Made by a program: the position numbers and the translations under genes
The notes under the pieces: generated by a model
What the model was told of the DNA's origin: nothing
Database searches by the model: none
The model's input: only the letters and a program-made list of their open reading frames with translations
IMG/VR virus record: IMGVR_UViG_2885131123_000003
Coordinates: 31,504-95,503 of that record
Source of the DNA: a virus
Taxonomy: Duplodnaviria; Caudoviricetes
Direction: 5' to 3' (one strand)
Length of the DNA stretch: 64,000 nucleotides
Part shown: positions 18,485 through 28,570 of the stretch, one piece after another
How positions within the stretch are numbered: position 1 is the stretch's first letter
Layout: the number at the start of each line of letters is the position of its first letter

Positions 18485-20095
18485 GTGAAGCATGTGCGTA
18501 AATTAAAGAAATATAAACCGACCAAATTCAAAGCAAAGGACTCTCATTATGATGTGGATGCTGCGGATTATGCTGTGAGCTTTATCGAATGTCTTTGCCA
18601 CACCAAGGGCACCTGGGCCGGTAAGCCCTTCGAGCTGATTGACTGGCAAGAGCAGATCATCCGTGATCTCTTCGGCACACTGAAACCAAATGGATACCGC
18701 CAGTTCAATACTGCCTATGTGGAAATTCCTAAAAAGATGGGGAAATCTGAGCTTGCAGCTGCCGTGGCCCTGCTTCTTACCTGCGGTGATGGTGAGGAGC
18801 GTGCTGAGGTTTACGGCTGTGCCGCTGACCGTCAACAGGCAACCATTGTTTTTGATGTTGCTGCAGATATGGTACGTATGTGTCCGGCGCTCAATAAGCG
18901 TGTGAAGATTCTTGCCTCTCAGAAGCGTATCATCTACACACCAACCAACAGCTTCTATCAGGTACTATCCGCAGAGGCCTACTCCAAGCACGGCTTCAAT
19001 ATTCACGGCGTTGTATTTGATGAGTTGCATACCCAGCCAAATCGTAAGCTCTTTGATGTTATGACAAAAGGCTCCGGAGATGCCAGAATGCAGCCACTGT
19101 ATTTTCTCATCACCACTGCTGGAACAGACACCAACAGCATCTGTTATGAAACCCATCAGAAAGCCAAGGACATCCTGGAAGGCAGGAAGATTGATCCTAC
19201 CTTCTATCCAGTGATTTATGGTGCAGACGAATCTGATGATTGGACGGATCCGAAGGTCTGGAAGAAAGCAAATCCCTCTCTCGGCATTACAGTCGGCATT
19301 GATAAGGTGAAGGCCGCCTGTGAGTCAGCCAAGCAAAATCCTGGAGAAGAGAACTCCTTCCGACAGCTTCGTTTAAATCAATGGGTGAAGCAGGCGGTCC
19401 GCTGGATGCCGATGGAGAAATGGGATGCCTGCTCCTATGCAGTCTACCCGGATGAGCTAGAAGGCCGTGTCTGCTATGGTGGTCTGGACCTCTCTTCCAC
19501 TACGGATATCACCGCCTTTGTGCTGGTATTTCCCCCCCAGGATGAGGATGACAAATACGCCATTCTCCCATACTTTTGGGTGCCTGAAGATACGCTGGAG
19601 CTGCGAGTTCGCCGTGATCACGTGCCATACGATGTCTGGGAGAGACAGGGCTTCCTGCAAACCACGGAGGGTAACGTCGTCCACTACGGCTACATCGAAA
19701 AATTCATCGAGCGCCTGGGTGAGAAATACAACATCCGAGAGATTGCCTTCGACCGCTGGGGAGCCGTCCAAATGGTACAAAACCTGGAGAGCATGGGCTT
19801 TACGGTGGTTCCCTTCGGCCAGGGCTTTAAGGATATGAGCCCTCCTACCAAGGAACTCATGAAGCTAACTCTGGAGGAACGTCTGGCGCATGGCGGTCAT
19901 CCAGTGCTTCGCTGGATGATGGATAACATCTATATACGTACAGACCCGGCCGGGAATATTAAGGCCGACAAAGAAAAATCTACAGAAAAGATTGATGGTG
20001 CGATTGCCACCATCATGGGACTGGACCGCGCGATTCGCTGCGGCAATGACACCGGTGCTTCTGTCTACGATGACAGAGGCATTTTGTTTATCTGA
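18485..20095 (+). CDS. terL: Terminase large subunit
   Basis: PKKMGKSE Walker A, VVFDELH Walker B, GLDLS, KIDGA nuclease motifs. Confidence 0.95.
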   Translation: MKHVRKLKKYKPTKFKAKDSHYDVDAADYAVSFIECLCHTKGTWAGKPFELIDWQEQIIRDLFGTLKPNGYRQFNTAYVEIPKKMGKSELAAAVALLLTCGDGEERAEVYGCAADRQQATIVFDVAADMVRMCPALNKRVKILASQKRIIYTPTNSFYQVLSAEAYSKHGFNIHGVVFDELHTQPNRKLFDVMTKGSGDARMQPLYFLITTAGTDTNSICYETHQKAKDILEGRKIDPTFYPVIYGADESDDWTDPKVWKKANPSLGITVGIDKVKAACESAKQNPGEENSFRQLRLNQWVKQAVRWMPMEKWDACSYAVYPDELEGRVCYGGLDLSSTTDITAFVLVFPPQDEDDKYAILPYFWVPEDTLELRVRRDHVPYDVWERQGFLQTTEGNVVHYGYIEKFIERLGEKYNIREIAFDRWGAVQMVQNLESMGFTVVPFGQGFKDMSPPTKELMKLTLEERLAHGGHPVLRWMMDNIYIRTDPAGNIKADKEKSTEKIDGAIATIMGLDRAIRCGNDTGASVYDDRGILFI

Positions 20096-20173
20096 GGAAA
20101 ACGATGATCACTCTACTATTGCTTGGGCTGATTGTGCTGCGTGAAGGCATCAATCAGGGAATTGGAGGTTTTG

Positions 20174-21544
20174 ATGAATATACTTAGTGGACTTTTTAAA
20201 TCCCGCGATAAGCCGACAAACAGCCTAAATGGCTCCGGCTATCGTTTTTTCTTTGGTGGCACCACCTCTGGCAAGGCCGTCAACGAACGATCTGCCATGC
20301 AGATGACTGCTGTATATGCCTGCGTAAGAATTCTATCGGAATCCATCGCATGCTTGCCGGTACATCTTTACCAATATAAGGATTCCGGCAGCAAGGAAAA
20401 GGCCCTCTCTCATCCACTGTATAAAATCCTGCATGATGAGCCCAACCCGGAAATGACCTCCTTTGTCTTTCGCGAAACGCTGATGACACACTTGTTACTG
20501 TATGGCAATGCCTATGCACAGATTATTCGCAACGGTAAAGGTCAGGTCATTGGGCTCTATCCGCTGATGCCTAACCGCATGACCGTGGATCGTGATGAGC
20601 ACGGGCACCTCTACTATCAATATCAGATGCAGGAGTCGGATGCCCAAACCATGAAAGCTGGAACGGTGACGCTCAGGCCATCCGATGTGCTTCATGTACC
20701 AGGCCTCGGCTTTGATGGACTGGTTGGTTACTCGCCGATTGCCATGGCTAAGAATGCCATCGGCCTTTCCATCGCCACAGAGGAATACGGCGCTAAGTTT
20801 TTCGCAAATGGAGCTACTCCCGGAGGCCTGCTGGAATTTCCTGGCACCGTCAAGAATCCAGATGCCATCCGCGAAAGCTGGAACAAGGGTTTCTCCGGCA
20901 ACAATTCTCATAAGATTGCCATTTTAGAGGAAGGCATGCACTACACGCCAATCTCTATCAGCCCGAATGAAGCGCAGTTTCTTGAAACACGTAAATTTCA
21001 AATTGATGAAATCGCTCGAATCTTCAGAGTTCCTCCTCATATGGTAGGAGACCTGGAGAAGTCGAGCTTTTCTAATATTGAGCAGCAATCTCTGGAATAT
21101 GTGAAGTACACCCTGGAGCCCTGGATTGTTCGATGGGAGCAGGCGCTAAACCGTGCCCTTCTATCAGATTCCGAGAAGGCTGCTTATTTTGTCAAGTTCA
21201 ATGTAGATGGCCTGCTTCGCGGCGATTATCAAAGTCGTATGAACGGCTACGCTACAGCCCGTCAAAATGGCTGGATGTCTGCAAATGATATCCGTGAGCT
21301 TGAAAACCTGGACCGCATCCCAGCGGAGCTTGGTGGTGACTTATATCTCATCAACGGCAACATGACCAAGCTCGAAGATGCAGGAATATTTGCAGCCTCT
21401 TCTGCTGCTGGAAAGGAGAACGATTCCAATGAAGAAATTCTGGAACTGGAAAAATCAGACACAGACGAATCAAGAGACGCAGGAAACAGTGACAACAAGA
21501 ACACTGTTCCTGAACGGAACCATCGCCGAGGAAAGCTGGTTTGA
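20174..21544 (+). CDS. HK97-family portal protein
   Basis: AVYACVRILS, LYGNAYA, IARIFRVPP, SNIEQQ. Confidence 0.93.
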   Translation: MNILSGLFKSRDKPTNSLNGSGYRFFFGGTTSGKAVNERSAMQMTAVYACVRILSESIACLPVHLYQYKDSGSKEKALSHPLYKILHDEPNPEMTSFVFRETLMTHLLLYGNAYAQIIRNGKGQVIGLYPLMPNRMTVDRDEHGHLYYQYQMQESDAQTMKAGTVTLRPSDVLHVPGLGFDGLVGYSPIAMAKNAIGLSIATEEYGAKFFANGATPGGLLEFPGTVKNPDAIRESWNKGFSGNNSHKIAILEEGMHYTPISISPNEAQFLETRKFQIDEIARIFRVPPHMVGDLEKSSFSNIEQQSLEYVKYTLEPWIVRWEQALNRALLSDSEKAAYFVKFNVDGLLRGDYQSRMNGYATARQNGWMSANDIRELENLDRIPAELGGDLYLINGNMTKLEDAGIFAASSAAGKENDSNEEILELEKSDTDESRDAGNSDNKNTVPERNHRRGKLV

Positions 21545-22184
21545 TGACGATATCACACCGGCCCTTTTTAAGGAGGAGCTCTTAAGTGGCTCTGGCGATA
21601 TTACTGTCTGGATCAATTCACCAGGTGGCGACTGCGTGGCTGCTGCCCAGATCTATAACATGCTGATGGATTATAAAGGCAACGTTACCGTCAAGATTGA
21701 TGGTATTGCCGCCTCTGCTGCATCGGTTATTGCAATGGCCGGTACCAAGATAATGGTATCTCCTGTATCCATGCTAATGATTCATAACCCGGCCACGATG
21801 GCCTTCGGTGATTCAGCAGAGATGCAAAAGGCCATCGCCATGCTGGAGGAAGTCAAGGAATCCATCATCAATGCCTATGAGATTAAGACCGGTCTGAGTC
21901 GAGCAAAAATCTCTCGTCTGATGGATGCCGAAACCTGGATGAATGCCAATATGGCCATTGAGCTTGGCTTTGCAGATGAAATTATGAAGCGTGATACGCA
22001 GGATGAAGCTGTTTCTCTTCCTGCAGCCTCTGCTTCTTTCTCTCGCGCAGCTGTCACCAACTCTCTTATCGAGAAGCTGGCAGCCAAATGTCATATCCCG
22101 ACAAGACCTGCTGAACCTGCTATTTCGGAGCGCTCTGTAGACAGTCTCATGGAGCGCCTAAACCTTATCAAACAACACATTTAA
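21429..22184 (+). CDS. ClpP-like head maturation protease
   Basis: INSPGG, IAASAAS, MIHNP, ETWM. Confidence 0.9.
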   Translation: MKKFWNWKNQTQTNQETQETVTTRTLFLNGTIAEESWFDDDITPALFKEELLSGSGDITVWINSPGGDCVAAAQIYNMLMDYKGNVTVKIDGIAASAASVIAMAGTKIMVSPVSMLMIHNPATMAFGDSAEMQKAIAMLEEVKESIINAYEIKTGLSRAKISRLMDAETWMNANMAIELGFADEIMKRDTQDEAVSLPAASASFSRAAVTNSLIEKLAAKCHIPTRPAEPAISERSVDSLMERLNLIKQHI

Positions 22185-22200
22185 TGGAGGTAATACTACT

Positions 22201-23388
22201 ATGACGATTAATGAACTTCGCGAAAAGCGTAACAACGCATGGAATGCTGCTAAGGCATTTCTGGATTCTCATCGTACCGAGAAGGGTACCCTCACTGCAG
22301 AGGACGATGCAACCTATACCAGGATGGAACAGGATATCGCAGACCTTGGTAAGGAAATCGCTCGTCTGGAGCGCCAGGAGGCACTGGATGCCGAGCTTTC
22401 TAAGCCGGTAAATACTCCACTTACTTCTAAGCCTGCCTCTATCGCTTCCTCTAACACAAAGACCGGACGTGCATCCGATGCCTATAAGGCCGGAATGCTC
22501 ACTGCCCTTCGTTCTAACTTCAAGCAGATTTCTAACGTGCTGCAGGAAGGTGTGGACGCAGATGGTGGTTATCTGGTGCCAGATGAGTATGACCATCGCC
22601 TGGTGGATGTCCTTACTGAGGAGAACATCCTGCGTAAGCTTGGTCACAAGATTACTACATCCGGTGAGCATAAGATCAACATCGCAGCAACTAAGCCTGC
22701 AGCTGCTTGGATCGAGGAGGGTGGCGCACTCAGCTTTGGTGATGCAACCTTCGACCAGATTTTGCTGGATGCCCATAAGCTGCATGTTGCAATCAAGGTA
22801 ACTGAGGAGCTTCTTTACGACAATGCCTTTAATCTGGAGAGCTATATCATCGACATGTTCGGTAAGGCTCTTGCTAATGCTGAGGAGGATGCCTTCCTGA
22901 ATGGTTCCGGTGTTGGTCAGCCTCTGGGACTTTTTGCTGCAACCGGTGGTGGAACGGCAGCTATTTCCACGGCTTCTCTTACCGCCGATGATGTGATTAA
23001 GCTTGTGTATGCATTGAAGCGTCCTTACCGTAAGAACGCAAAATTCATCATGAACGATCAGACCATCGCTTCTATCCGCCAGCTCAAGGACAACAATGGT
23101 GCCTATATGTGGCAGCCTTCTCTGGTGGCTGGTGAGCCGGATAAGCTCCTGGGCTATGATGTCTACACTTCTCCGTTCTGCCCTGCTGGAAAGATTGCCT
23201 TCGGTGATTACAGCTACTACAACATCGGAGATCGTGGTACTCGTTCCTTCAAGCAGCTCACAGAGCTCTTTGCTGGAAACGGCATGATCGGCTATGTTGC
23301 CAAGGAACGTGTGGATGGTAAGCTCATCCTTCCGGAGGCGGTACAGATTCTTACCATCACCGGTAGTGCAAAAGCTGCCAAGGCCTAA
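22201..23388 (+). CDS. HK97-family major capsid protein
   Basis: Coiled-coil delta domain, DGGYLVP, FLNGSG, RVDGK. Confidence 0.93.
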   Translation: MTINELREKRNNAWNAAKAFLDSHRTEKGTLTAEDDATYTRMEQDIADLGKEIARLERQEALDAELSKPVNTPLTSKPASIASSNTKTGRASDAYKAGMLTALRSNFKQISNVLQEGVDADGGYLVPDEYDHRLVDVLTEENILRKLGHKITTSGEHKINIAATKPAAAWIEEGGALSFGDATFDQILLDAHKLHVAIKVTEELLYDNAFNLESYIIDMFGKALANAEEDAFLNGSGVGQPLGLFAATGGGTAAISTASLTADDVIKLVYALKRPYRKNAKFIMNDQTIASIRQLKDNNGAYMWQPSLVAGEPDKLLGYDVYTSPFCPAGKIAFGDYSYYNIGDRGTRSFKQLTELFAGNGMIGYVAKERVDGKLILPEAVQILTITGSAKAAKA

Positions 23389-23469
23389 GGTAGTCTGAGT
23401 GAAAGGTGGCGTCATTTGTGATGAATGGCGCTGCCCTTCCCATATCCTTAAGAATGGAGGCGATGAGAA

Positions 23470-23745
23470 ATGCTCATTACACTGGAAGAAATGAAGAACT
23501 ATCTGCGAGTGGATTTTGATGATGACGACGCTCTCATCGAAACTCTAATCACCGCTGCAACAAGGATCTGCATGGATATTCTCCGTACAGAGAATCTTGA
23601 CGAGCTGTCTGCTTGTGAGAATGCCAAGGCTGCCATTTTTTATACCACTGCATACCTGTACGAGCACCGAGAGGAGGCAGATCATCACGCACTGACGCTT
23701 ACACTGCGCTCTCTGCTATTCGGTGCCAGAAAGGAGGTCTTCTGA
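23470..23745 (+). CDS. Head-tail connector (gp6-like)
   Basis: KNYLRVD.DDDALI, LYEHRE. Confidence 0.85.
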   Translation: MLITLEEMKNYLRVDFDDDDALIETLITAATRICMDILRTENLDELSACENAKAAIFYTTAYLYEHREEADHHALTLTLRSLLFGARKEVF

Positions 23746-24077
23746 TGAACATTGAACTTTTAAATGTCCGCATCTTCATTACCAAAAATGAAGTAACTGT
23801 GGATGCCATCGGAAACCATAAAACAAGCTGGGTACCCTACTACAGCTGCTATGCAACGGTAAGTGCTGAAGCAGGCAAGGAGGATACGGATGCTGGAATG
23901 ATTGTAGACAATACGAAGGTCGATTTTACTACCCGGTGGTGCAAGAAGGCTGCCGCCTTAGATTCCACGCATTATCGTGTGGAGTTTAACGATACGCTTT
24001 ATGACATCACAGCCATCGACCACATGAATTACAAGAAAAAATGCATCAAACTCTCCTGTCAGAAAGTGAGGCGCTAA
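23745..24077 (+). CDS. Head closure protein
   Basis: Synteny and size. Confidence 0.75.
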   Translation: MNIELLNVRIFITKNEVTVDAIGNHKTSWVPYYSCYATVSAEAGKEDTDAGMIVDNTKVDFTTRWCKKAAALDSTHYRVEFNDTLYDITAIDHMNYKKKCIKLSCQKVRR

Positions 24078-24079
24078 CG

Positions 24080-24463
24080 ATGGCAACTGATCGTGTAAGC
24101 ATTGGCCAGATGGCGGATGCGATTATGGATGGGCTGGAGGAATATGCCAACCTTGCAACAGATGACCTAAAAGCATCGGTCCGCAAGGCTGGTAAAACCG
24201 TCAAGGATGAGATTGCTGCAACTGCTCCCAAGGACACCGGAAAATACGCAAAGAGCTGGGCCGTGAAAACGCAAAGGGAAACATCCAATTCTCTGGATCT
24301 TGTGGTTCATTCTAAAAACCGCTATCAGCTGGCCCACCTTCTGGAATTTGGTCATGCCAAGAGAGGTGGTGGCCGTGTCGCTGCAAGGCCCCATATCGCA
24401 CCAGCGGAAGAAAAAGCGATTGATACACTGGAGCGTGAAATTGAAAAGGCCCTGAAAGGATAA
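24080..24463 (+). CDS. HK97 gp10-like neck protein
   Basis: APKDTG, HLLEFGH, PHIAPA. Confidence 0.85.
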   Translation: MATDRVSIGQMADAIMDGLEEYANLATDDLKASVRKAGKTVKDEIAATAPKDTGKYAKSWAVKTQRETSNSLDLVVHSKNRYQLAHLLEFGHAKRGGGRVAARPHIAPAEEKAIDTLEREIEKALKG

Positions 24464-24466
24464 CAC

Positions 24467-24787
24467 ATGGAGAAGTTAATCGAAATCATGAATAAAATAG
24501 GCCTTCCCTTTGCCTATGACCACTTTGCAGAGGGAGAAAGCCCGGATCCGCCGTTTATTTGTTATCTTTCCCCGAACAGCGACAACTTCGCCGCGGACGG
24601 GAAGGTCTACTATAAGGTCAATGAGATTCATATCGAACTGTATACCGACTGTAAGGACTTGTCGGCAGAACATCGTATAGAAGCCGTGCTCGATCAGCAT
24701 GGTATTTTTTATGAAAAATCCGAGACTTGGATCGAATCGGAGAAGCTTTACGAAGTCCTGTATTCATTTGAAATGGAGGTAAATTAA
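24467..24787 (+). CDS. Tail terminator-like protein
   Basis: Synteny upstream of the major tail gene. Confidence 0.65.
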   Translation: MEKLIEIMNKIGLPFAYDHFAEGESPDPPFICYLSPNSDNFAADGKVYYKVNEIHIELYTDCKDLSAEHRIEAVLDQHGIFYEKSETWIESEKLYEVLYSFEMEVN

Positions 24788-24789
24788 CG

Positions 24790-25410
24790 ATGGCTGAAAA
24801 AGCAAACAAGGTGAAATTCAATCTGAAAAATACGCACTATGCGCTCCTTACCATTGGTGAGGGTGGCACACCCACCTTTGGAACGCCGGTTCCAATGCCG
24901 GGCTCCGTATCGATCTCACTGGATGCCAATGGCGAGCCGGAAAACTTTTACGCGGATGGCGGTGTGTATTACGTGATAAATAATAACTGTGGCTACGACG
25001 GTGATCTGGAGCTTGCTCTGATTCCAGAGTCCTTCCGCACGGACGTACTGAAGGAAACATTAGATTCCAAGGGTGTGCTGATTGAAAACTCGGAGGTGGA
25101 ACTTGCAGCATTTGCGCTTCTTTTTGAGTTTGATGGCGACCAGAAGCACATCCGTCATGTGTTGTATAACTGCTCCGCTTCCCGTCCCGGCATCGAAGGA
25201 AAGACGAATGAGGATTCCAAGGAGGTACAGACGGAGAAGCTTTCTCTGAAGGCGGTGCCGCTTACTAATGGTATGGTGAAAGCAAAGACCGGAAATACCA
25301 CGGATGCTACCACCTATGCTGATTGGTACAAGGCGGTATATGTGCCTGTGGCAGAGAACGATGCCGCAACGCAGTCTGCAGCGAAGCCTGCAAAGTCAGT
25401 AAAGGAGTGA
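24790..25410 (+). CDS. Major tail protein (phi13 family)
   Basis: KFNLKNTHYA, FYAD, FALLFE. Confidence 0.88.
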   Translation: MAEKANKVKFNLKNTHYALLTIGEGGTPTFGTPVPMPGSVSISLDANGEPENFYADGGVYYVINNNCGYDGDLELALIPESFRTDVLKETLDSKGVLIENSEVELAAFALLFEFDGDQKHIRHVLYNCSASRPGIEGKTNEDSKEVQTEKLSLKAVPLTNGMVKAKTGNTTDATTYADWYKAVYVPVAENDAATQSAAKPAKSVKE

Positions 25411-25414
25411 TCGT

Positions 25415-25792
25415 ATGGGTATGACAAAGATGATTGAGATTGACGGAAAGCAGGTGCCCTTCAAGGCATCTGCCGCCATTCCGCGTATTTACCGCATCAA
25501 GTTCCACCGGGATATCTACAAGGATCTCGATGCGCTCGGAAAGGCAGTCGGAAACGGTGATGAGGATTCCTCTCACCTCGATATGTTCTCCCTTGAGATG
25601 TTCGAGAACATCGCCTACATTATGGCAAAGCACGCAGATCCTTCCATCCCGGATAGCCCTGAGGAGTGGCTGGATGAATTCAGCACCTTCTCCATCTACC
25701 AGGTGCTTCCGAAGATTATCGAGCTGTGGGGACTGAATGTCCAGACGGATGTGGAGTCTAAAAAAAACTTCACGCAACTGACCGCCCGATGA
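25415..25792 (+). CDS. Tail assembly chaperone (gpG-like)
   Basis: Follows the major tail gene; ends in slippery A AAA AAC. Confidence 0.8.
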   Translation: MGMTKMIEIDGKQVPFKASAAIPRIYRIKFHRDIYKDLDALGKAVGNGDEDSSHLDMFSLEMFENIAYIMAKHADPSIPDSPEEWLDEFSTFSIYQVLPKIIELWGLNVQTDVESKKNFTQLTAR

Positions 25793-25956
25793 CCACACCA
25801 TTGTTTCTGCTTCGTTGCGTGCAGCTCGGCATCTCCATCCGCGACCTTGATCTTCTCACAATCGGAATGGTGAACGATATGTACGCAGAAAGCAGCAATG
25901 ATGAGTACAAGGGATATTCGCAGATCGCAACACAGGAAGATTTTGATGCATTTTAA
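25762..25956 (+). CDS. -1 frameshift extension of the tail chaperone (gpGT-like)
   Basis: A AAA AAC at 25762-25768; -1 frame open to TAA at 25954-25956 (MTTPLFLLRCVQLG...DFDAF). Confidence 0.7.
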   Translation, partial: KKLHATDRPMTTPLFLLRCVQLGISIRDLDLLTIGMVNDMYAESSNDEYKGYSQIATQEDFDAF

Positions 25957-26053
25957 TAAAAAGGTTAAATTATCTGAAAACTACTGAAGTTTCGTATTTT
26001 TCGATGTAAAATAGCGGACAGAAACAGTTGGCTTCATCGAAAGGAGACCAGAT

Positions 26054-26794
26054 ATGAAGAAGCTAAAAATTGCAATGATAACACTTGCCTTAGCAGGATT
26101 GGCAAGCATGTCCGCGTATGCAGGAGCTTGGGCTAAGAACGCACAAGGGTGGTGGTACGACAATGGAAATGGCACGTGGCCAGCGAGCACATGGCAGTGG
26201 ATCGATGGAAACGGGGATGGAGTAGCCGAGTGTTATTATTTCGATCAATATGGGTATTGTCTGATGAATGCTGTGGCTCCGGACGGATATACCGTTGATG
26301 CTAATGGTGCTTGGACAATAAATGGAGTAGTTCAAAGAAAAAATGTAGGTGCAGTAACTACGAACACGGTAACAAATATACAACAGAATAATGTCAAAGA
26401 AGCGGATATAAGTGAGGTGGAGCTTGTACATGAATGGGCGTGGAACCATTTCGATTCGGAGGAAACTGCTTCAGGATCAATATGGAATGATGGCTATCTC
26501 CTGGTGGACAATGGACATGCTGAATTTAAACTTGATAAAAAATACAATAAATTAAGCATGACTGCTATTGCGGGATGGATAAATTCGACATTCGCTCAAG
26601 CTGGAGATGAATACACCTTATCATTTATAGGCGATAATGATGAAATTTTAGCATCGTATAACCTTTTGGATAATATAAAGAAATCTAAAAACATTGAAGT
26701 GAATGTTAGCGGCCAGGAGTATGTGACAATTCGTTGGTCTAGCGAAAGATTAGGAAATTATTATGCTCTGATGAAGAACATCAAGTTGAAATAA
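26054..26794 (+). CDS. Secreted protein 1: signal peptide, cell-wall/choline-binding-like repeats, NPCBM-like C-terminus
   Basis: MKKLK + hydrophobic + AYA; GWWY/WQWID/YYF repeats; beta-rich C-terminus. Confidence 0.75.
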   Translation: MKKLKIAMITLALAGLASMSAYAGAWAKNAQGWWYDNGNGTWPASTWQWIDGNGDGVAECYYFDQYGYCLMNAVAPDGYTVDANGAWTINGVVQRKNVGAVTTNTVTNIQQNNVKEADISEVELVHEWAWNHFDSEETASGSIWNDGYLLVDNGHAEFKLDKKYNKLSMTAIAGWINSTFAQAGDEYTLSFIGDNDEILASYNLLDNIKKSKNIEVNVSGQEYVTIRWSSERLGNYYALMKNIKLK

Positions 26795-26806
26795 AGCATT
26801 ATTCTC

Positions 26807-26841
26807 GATGCAGATAACAGCTTCATACTGTTATCTGCATC
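26807..26841. repeat. Perfect 14-bp-stem intergenic hairpin
   Basis: GATGCAGATAACAG-cttcata-CTGTTATCTGCATC. Confidence 0.8.
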
Positions 26842-26852
26842 ATTGGGAGACG

Positions 26853-27716
26853 ATGATGAAAAAAATTAGTATTACAATGATAACACTTGCCTTAGCAGGA
26901 TTGGCAAGCATGTCTGCGTATGCAGGAGCTTGGGCTAAGAACGCACAAGGGTGGTGGTATGACAATGGAAATGGCACGTGGCCAGCGAGCACATGGCAGT
27001 GGATCGATGGAAATAATGATGGTATTGCAGAAAGCTATTATTTCAACCCAAGTGGTTACTGCCTTATGAATACAACGACTCCGGATGGCTATATTGTAAA
27101 TGCCGATGGTGCATGGACCATAAATGGAATCGTTCAGACAAAAGCAGTTGGTATGACAACGAATACAACCGCTTTTCAGCAAGCAAACCAGTCCAATGTT
27201 TCTTATGAAGAAGTGCTGAAAGCATATCAGACTTATATGCGTAAGAAGAACACAGACAAATACAATCCGATTCGCTATTCACTTGTATACCTCGATGGAG
27301 ATAACATTCCGGAGCTGATTTATTCAACTGGAAACTATCATGCAGAAGGTGTACGGATATGTACCTACCAAAACGGAAAAGTATATTCTATTACGGCAAA
27401 CGGCGGAGATGTATTCGGTGGCTATGGTTCAATTACTTACTACCCTGGTACAGGCTATTTCGAGGCTGATGATGCCCATATGGGTTATGAGTGGGATGAG
27501 CTATATCTTCAGCAGGGAACAATGGCCCAAGAGGTATGTTATACAAACTATAATACTGGAGATGATCTTGGTAATGGCACCACCACAGAGTATGATGAGT
27601 TCCGCATTAAGGGTGTAAATACGACGAAAGCAAATGCGGAAAATTATAGGAATCAGTTGGTAGGTGCTTTGACTCCTTCTGTTTTCCAGTATGATAATGC
27701 GACCAAATTACAGTGA
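26853..27716 (+). CDS. Secreted protein 2: same N-terminal module, different C-terminus
   Basis: N-terminus near-identical to neighbours; YLDGDNIPEL motif. Confidence 0.75.
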   Translation: MMKKISITMITLALAGLASMSAYAGAWAKNAQGWWYDNGNGTWPASTWQWIDGNNDGIAESYYFNPSGYCLMNTTTPDGYIVNADGAWTINGIVQTKAVGMTTNTTAFQQANQSNVSYEEVLKAYQTYMRKKNTDKYNPIRYSLVYLDGDNIPELIYSTGNYHAEGVRICTYQNGKVYSITANGGDVFGGYGSITYYPGTGYFEADDAHMGYEWDELYLQQGTMAQEVCYTNYNTGDDLGNGTTTEYDEFRIKGVNTTKANAENYRNQLVGALTPSVFQYDNATKLQ

Positions 27717-27739
27717 TTTGCATGTGAGAGGGGCAATCA

Positions 27740-28570
27740 ATGAAAAAAATTGGAATTGTTGCGGCAGCTGTTTCACTCGCATGTCTTACGAGCATGTCTG
27801 TGTATGCGGGTTCTTGGGCTAAGAACACGCAGGGGTGGTGGTACGACAATGGAAATGGCACGTGGCCAGCGAGCACATGGCAGTGGATCGATGGAAATAA
27901 TGATGGTATTGCAGAAAGCTATTATTTCAACCCAAGTGGTTACTGCCTTACGAATACAACGACTCCGGATGGCTATATTGTAAATGCCGATGGCGCGTGG
28001 ACTGTAAATGGAATTATTCAGACAAAGGCTGTAGGAGCGTCCTCTATGGGAAGCAATACGACAGCGAGCATTGCAGATGGGTATTACCGTGTATCTTTCA
28101 ACCAGTCAGACATCAAACAAAACGGTGGGCAGTATACAATAACGGTTACAATATATAGCGAAAAGACATATTCAAAGGCATATGTTATGGGACTGAAGGT
28201 TGGCGATACTGTAGAAGGAATTAAAGTCAATACCATATCGCGGGATAGTGATTCTGTCTCTGTCAATGATGGTTTTGGTGAACCTTGCTGGTTCACAAAA
28301 GTTCAGGGGGCAAATGATCTTTATACTCTTTCGTATGAAGATGGGGGGTATTACGAATGGAACACATTAAATCAGGTTACGCTTCCAGTTGCTTCAAATA
28401 CTGTTTTTGTGGATGAAGCAAATTATGTGGAGTTAGGGTCGAAGCAATATTCTATCACTGAACTTGCAGGTAATAATGCATTGTATTTAACTGGATTTTA
28501 TCCAGACAATGCTTGCATTACGGTTCAGAATGGGGTTGTTGTAGAAATAGACCGAAATTATATGGCTTAA
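27740..28570 (+). CDS. Secreted protein 3: same N-terminal module, different C-terminus
   Basis: Signal peptide plus shared repeats; unrelated C-terminus. Confidence 0.75.
   Translation: MKKIGIVAAAVSLACLTSMSVYAGSWAKNTQGWWYDNGNGTWPASTWQWIDGNNDGIAESYYFNPSGYCLTNTTTPDGYIVNADGAWTVNGIIQTKAVGASSMGSNTTASIADGYYRVSFNQSDIKQNGGQYTITVTIYSEKTYSKAYVMGLKVGDTVEGIKVNTISRDSDSVSVNDGFGEPCWFTKVQGANDLYTLSYEDGGYYEWNTLNQVTLPVASNTVFVDEANYVELGSKQYSITELAGNNALYLTGFYPDNACITVQNGVVVEIDRNYMA

Noticed and set aside
22168-23415. 415-aa minus-strand ORF opposite the capsid gene
   Set aside because: Antisense shadow caused by codon bias; no motifs
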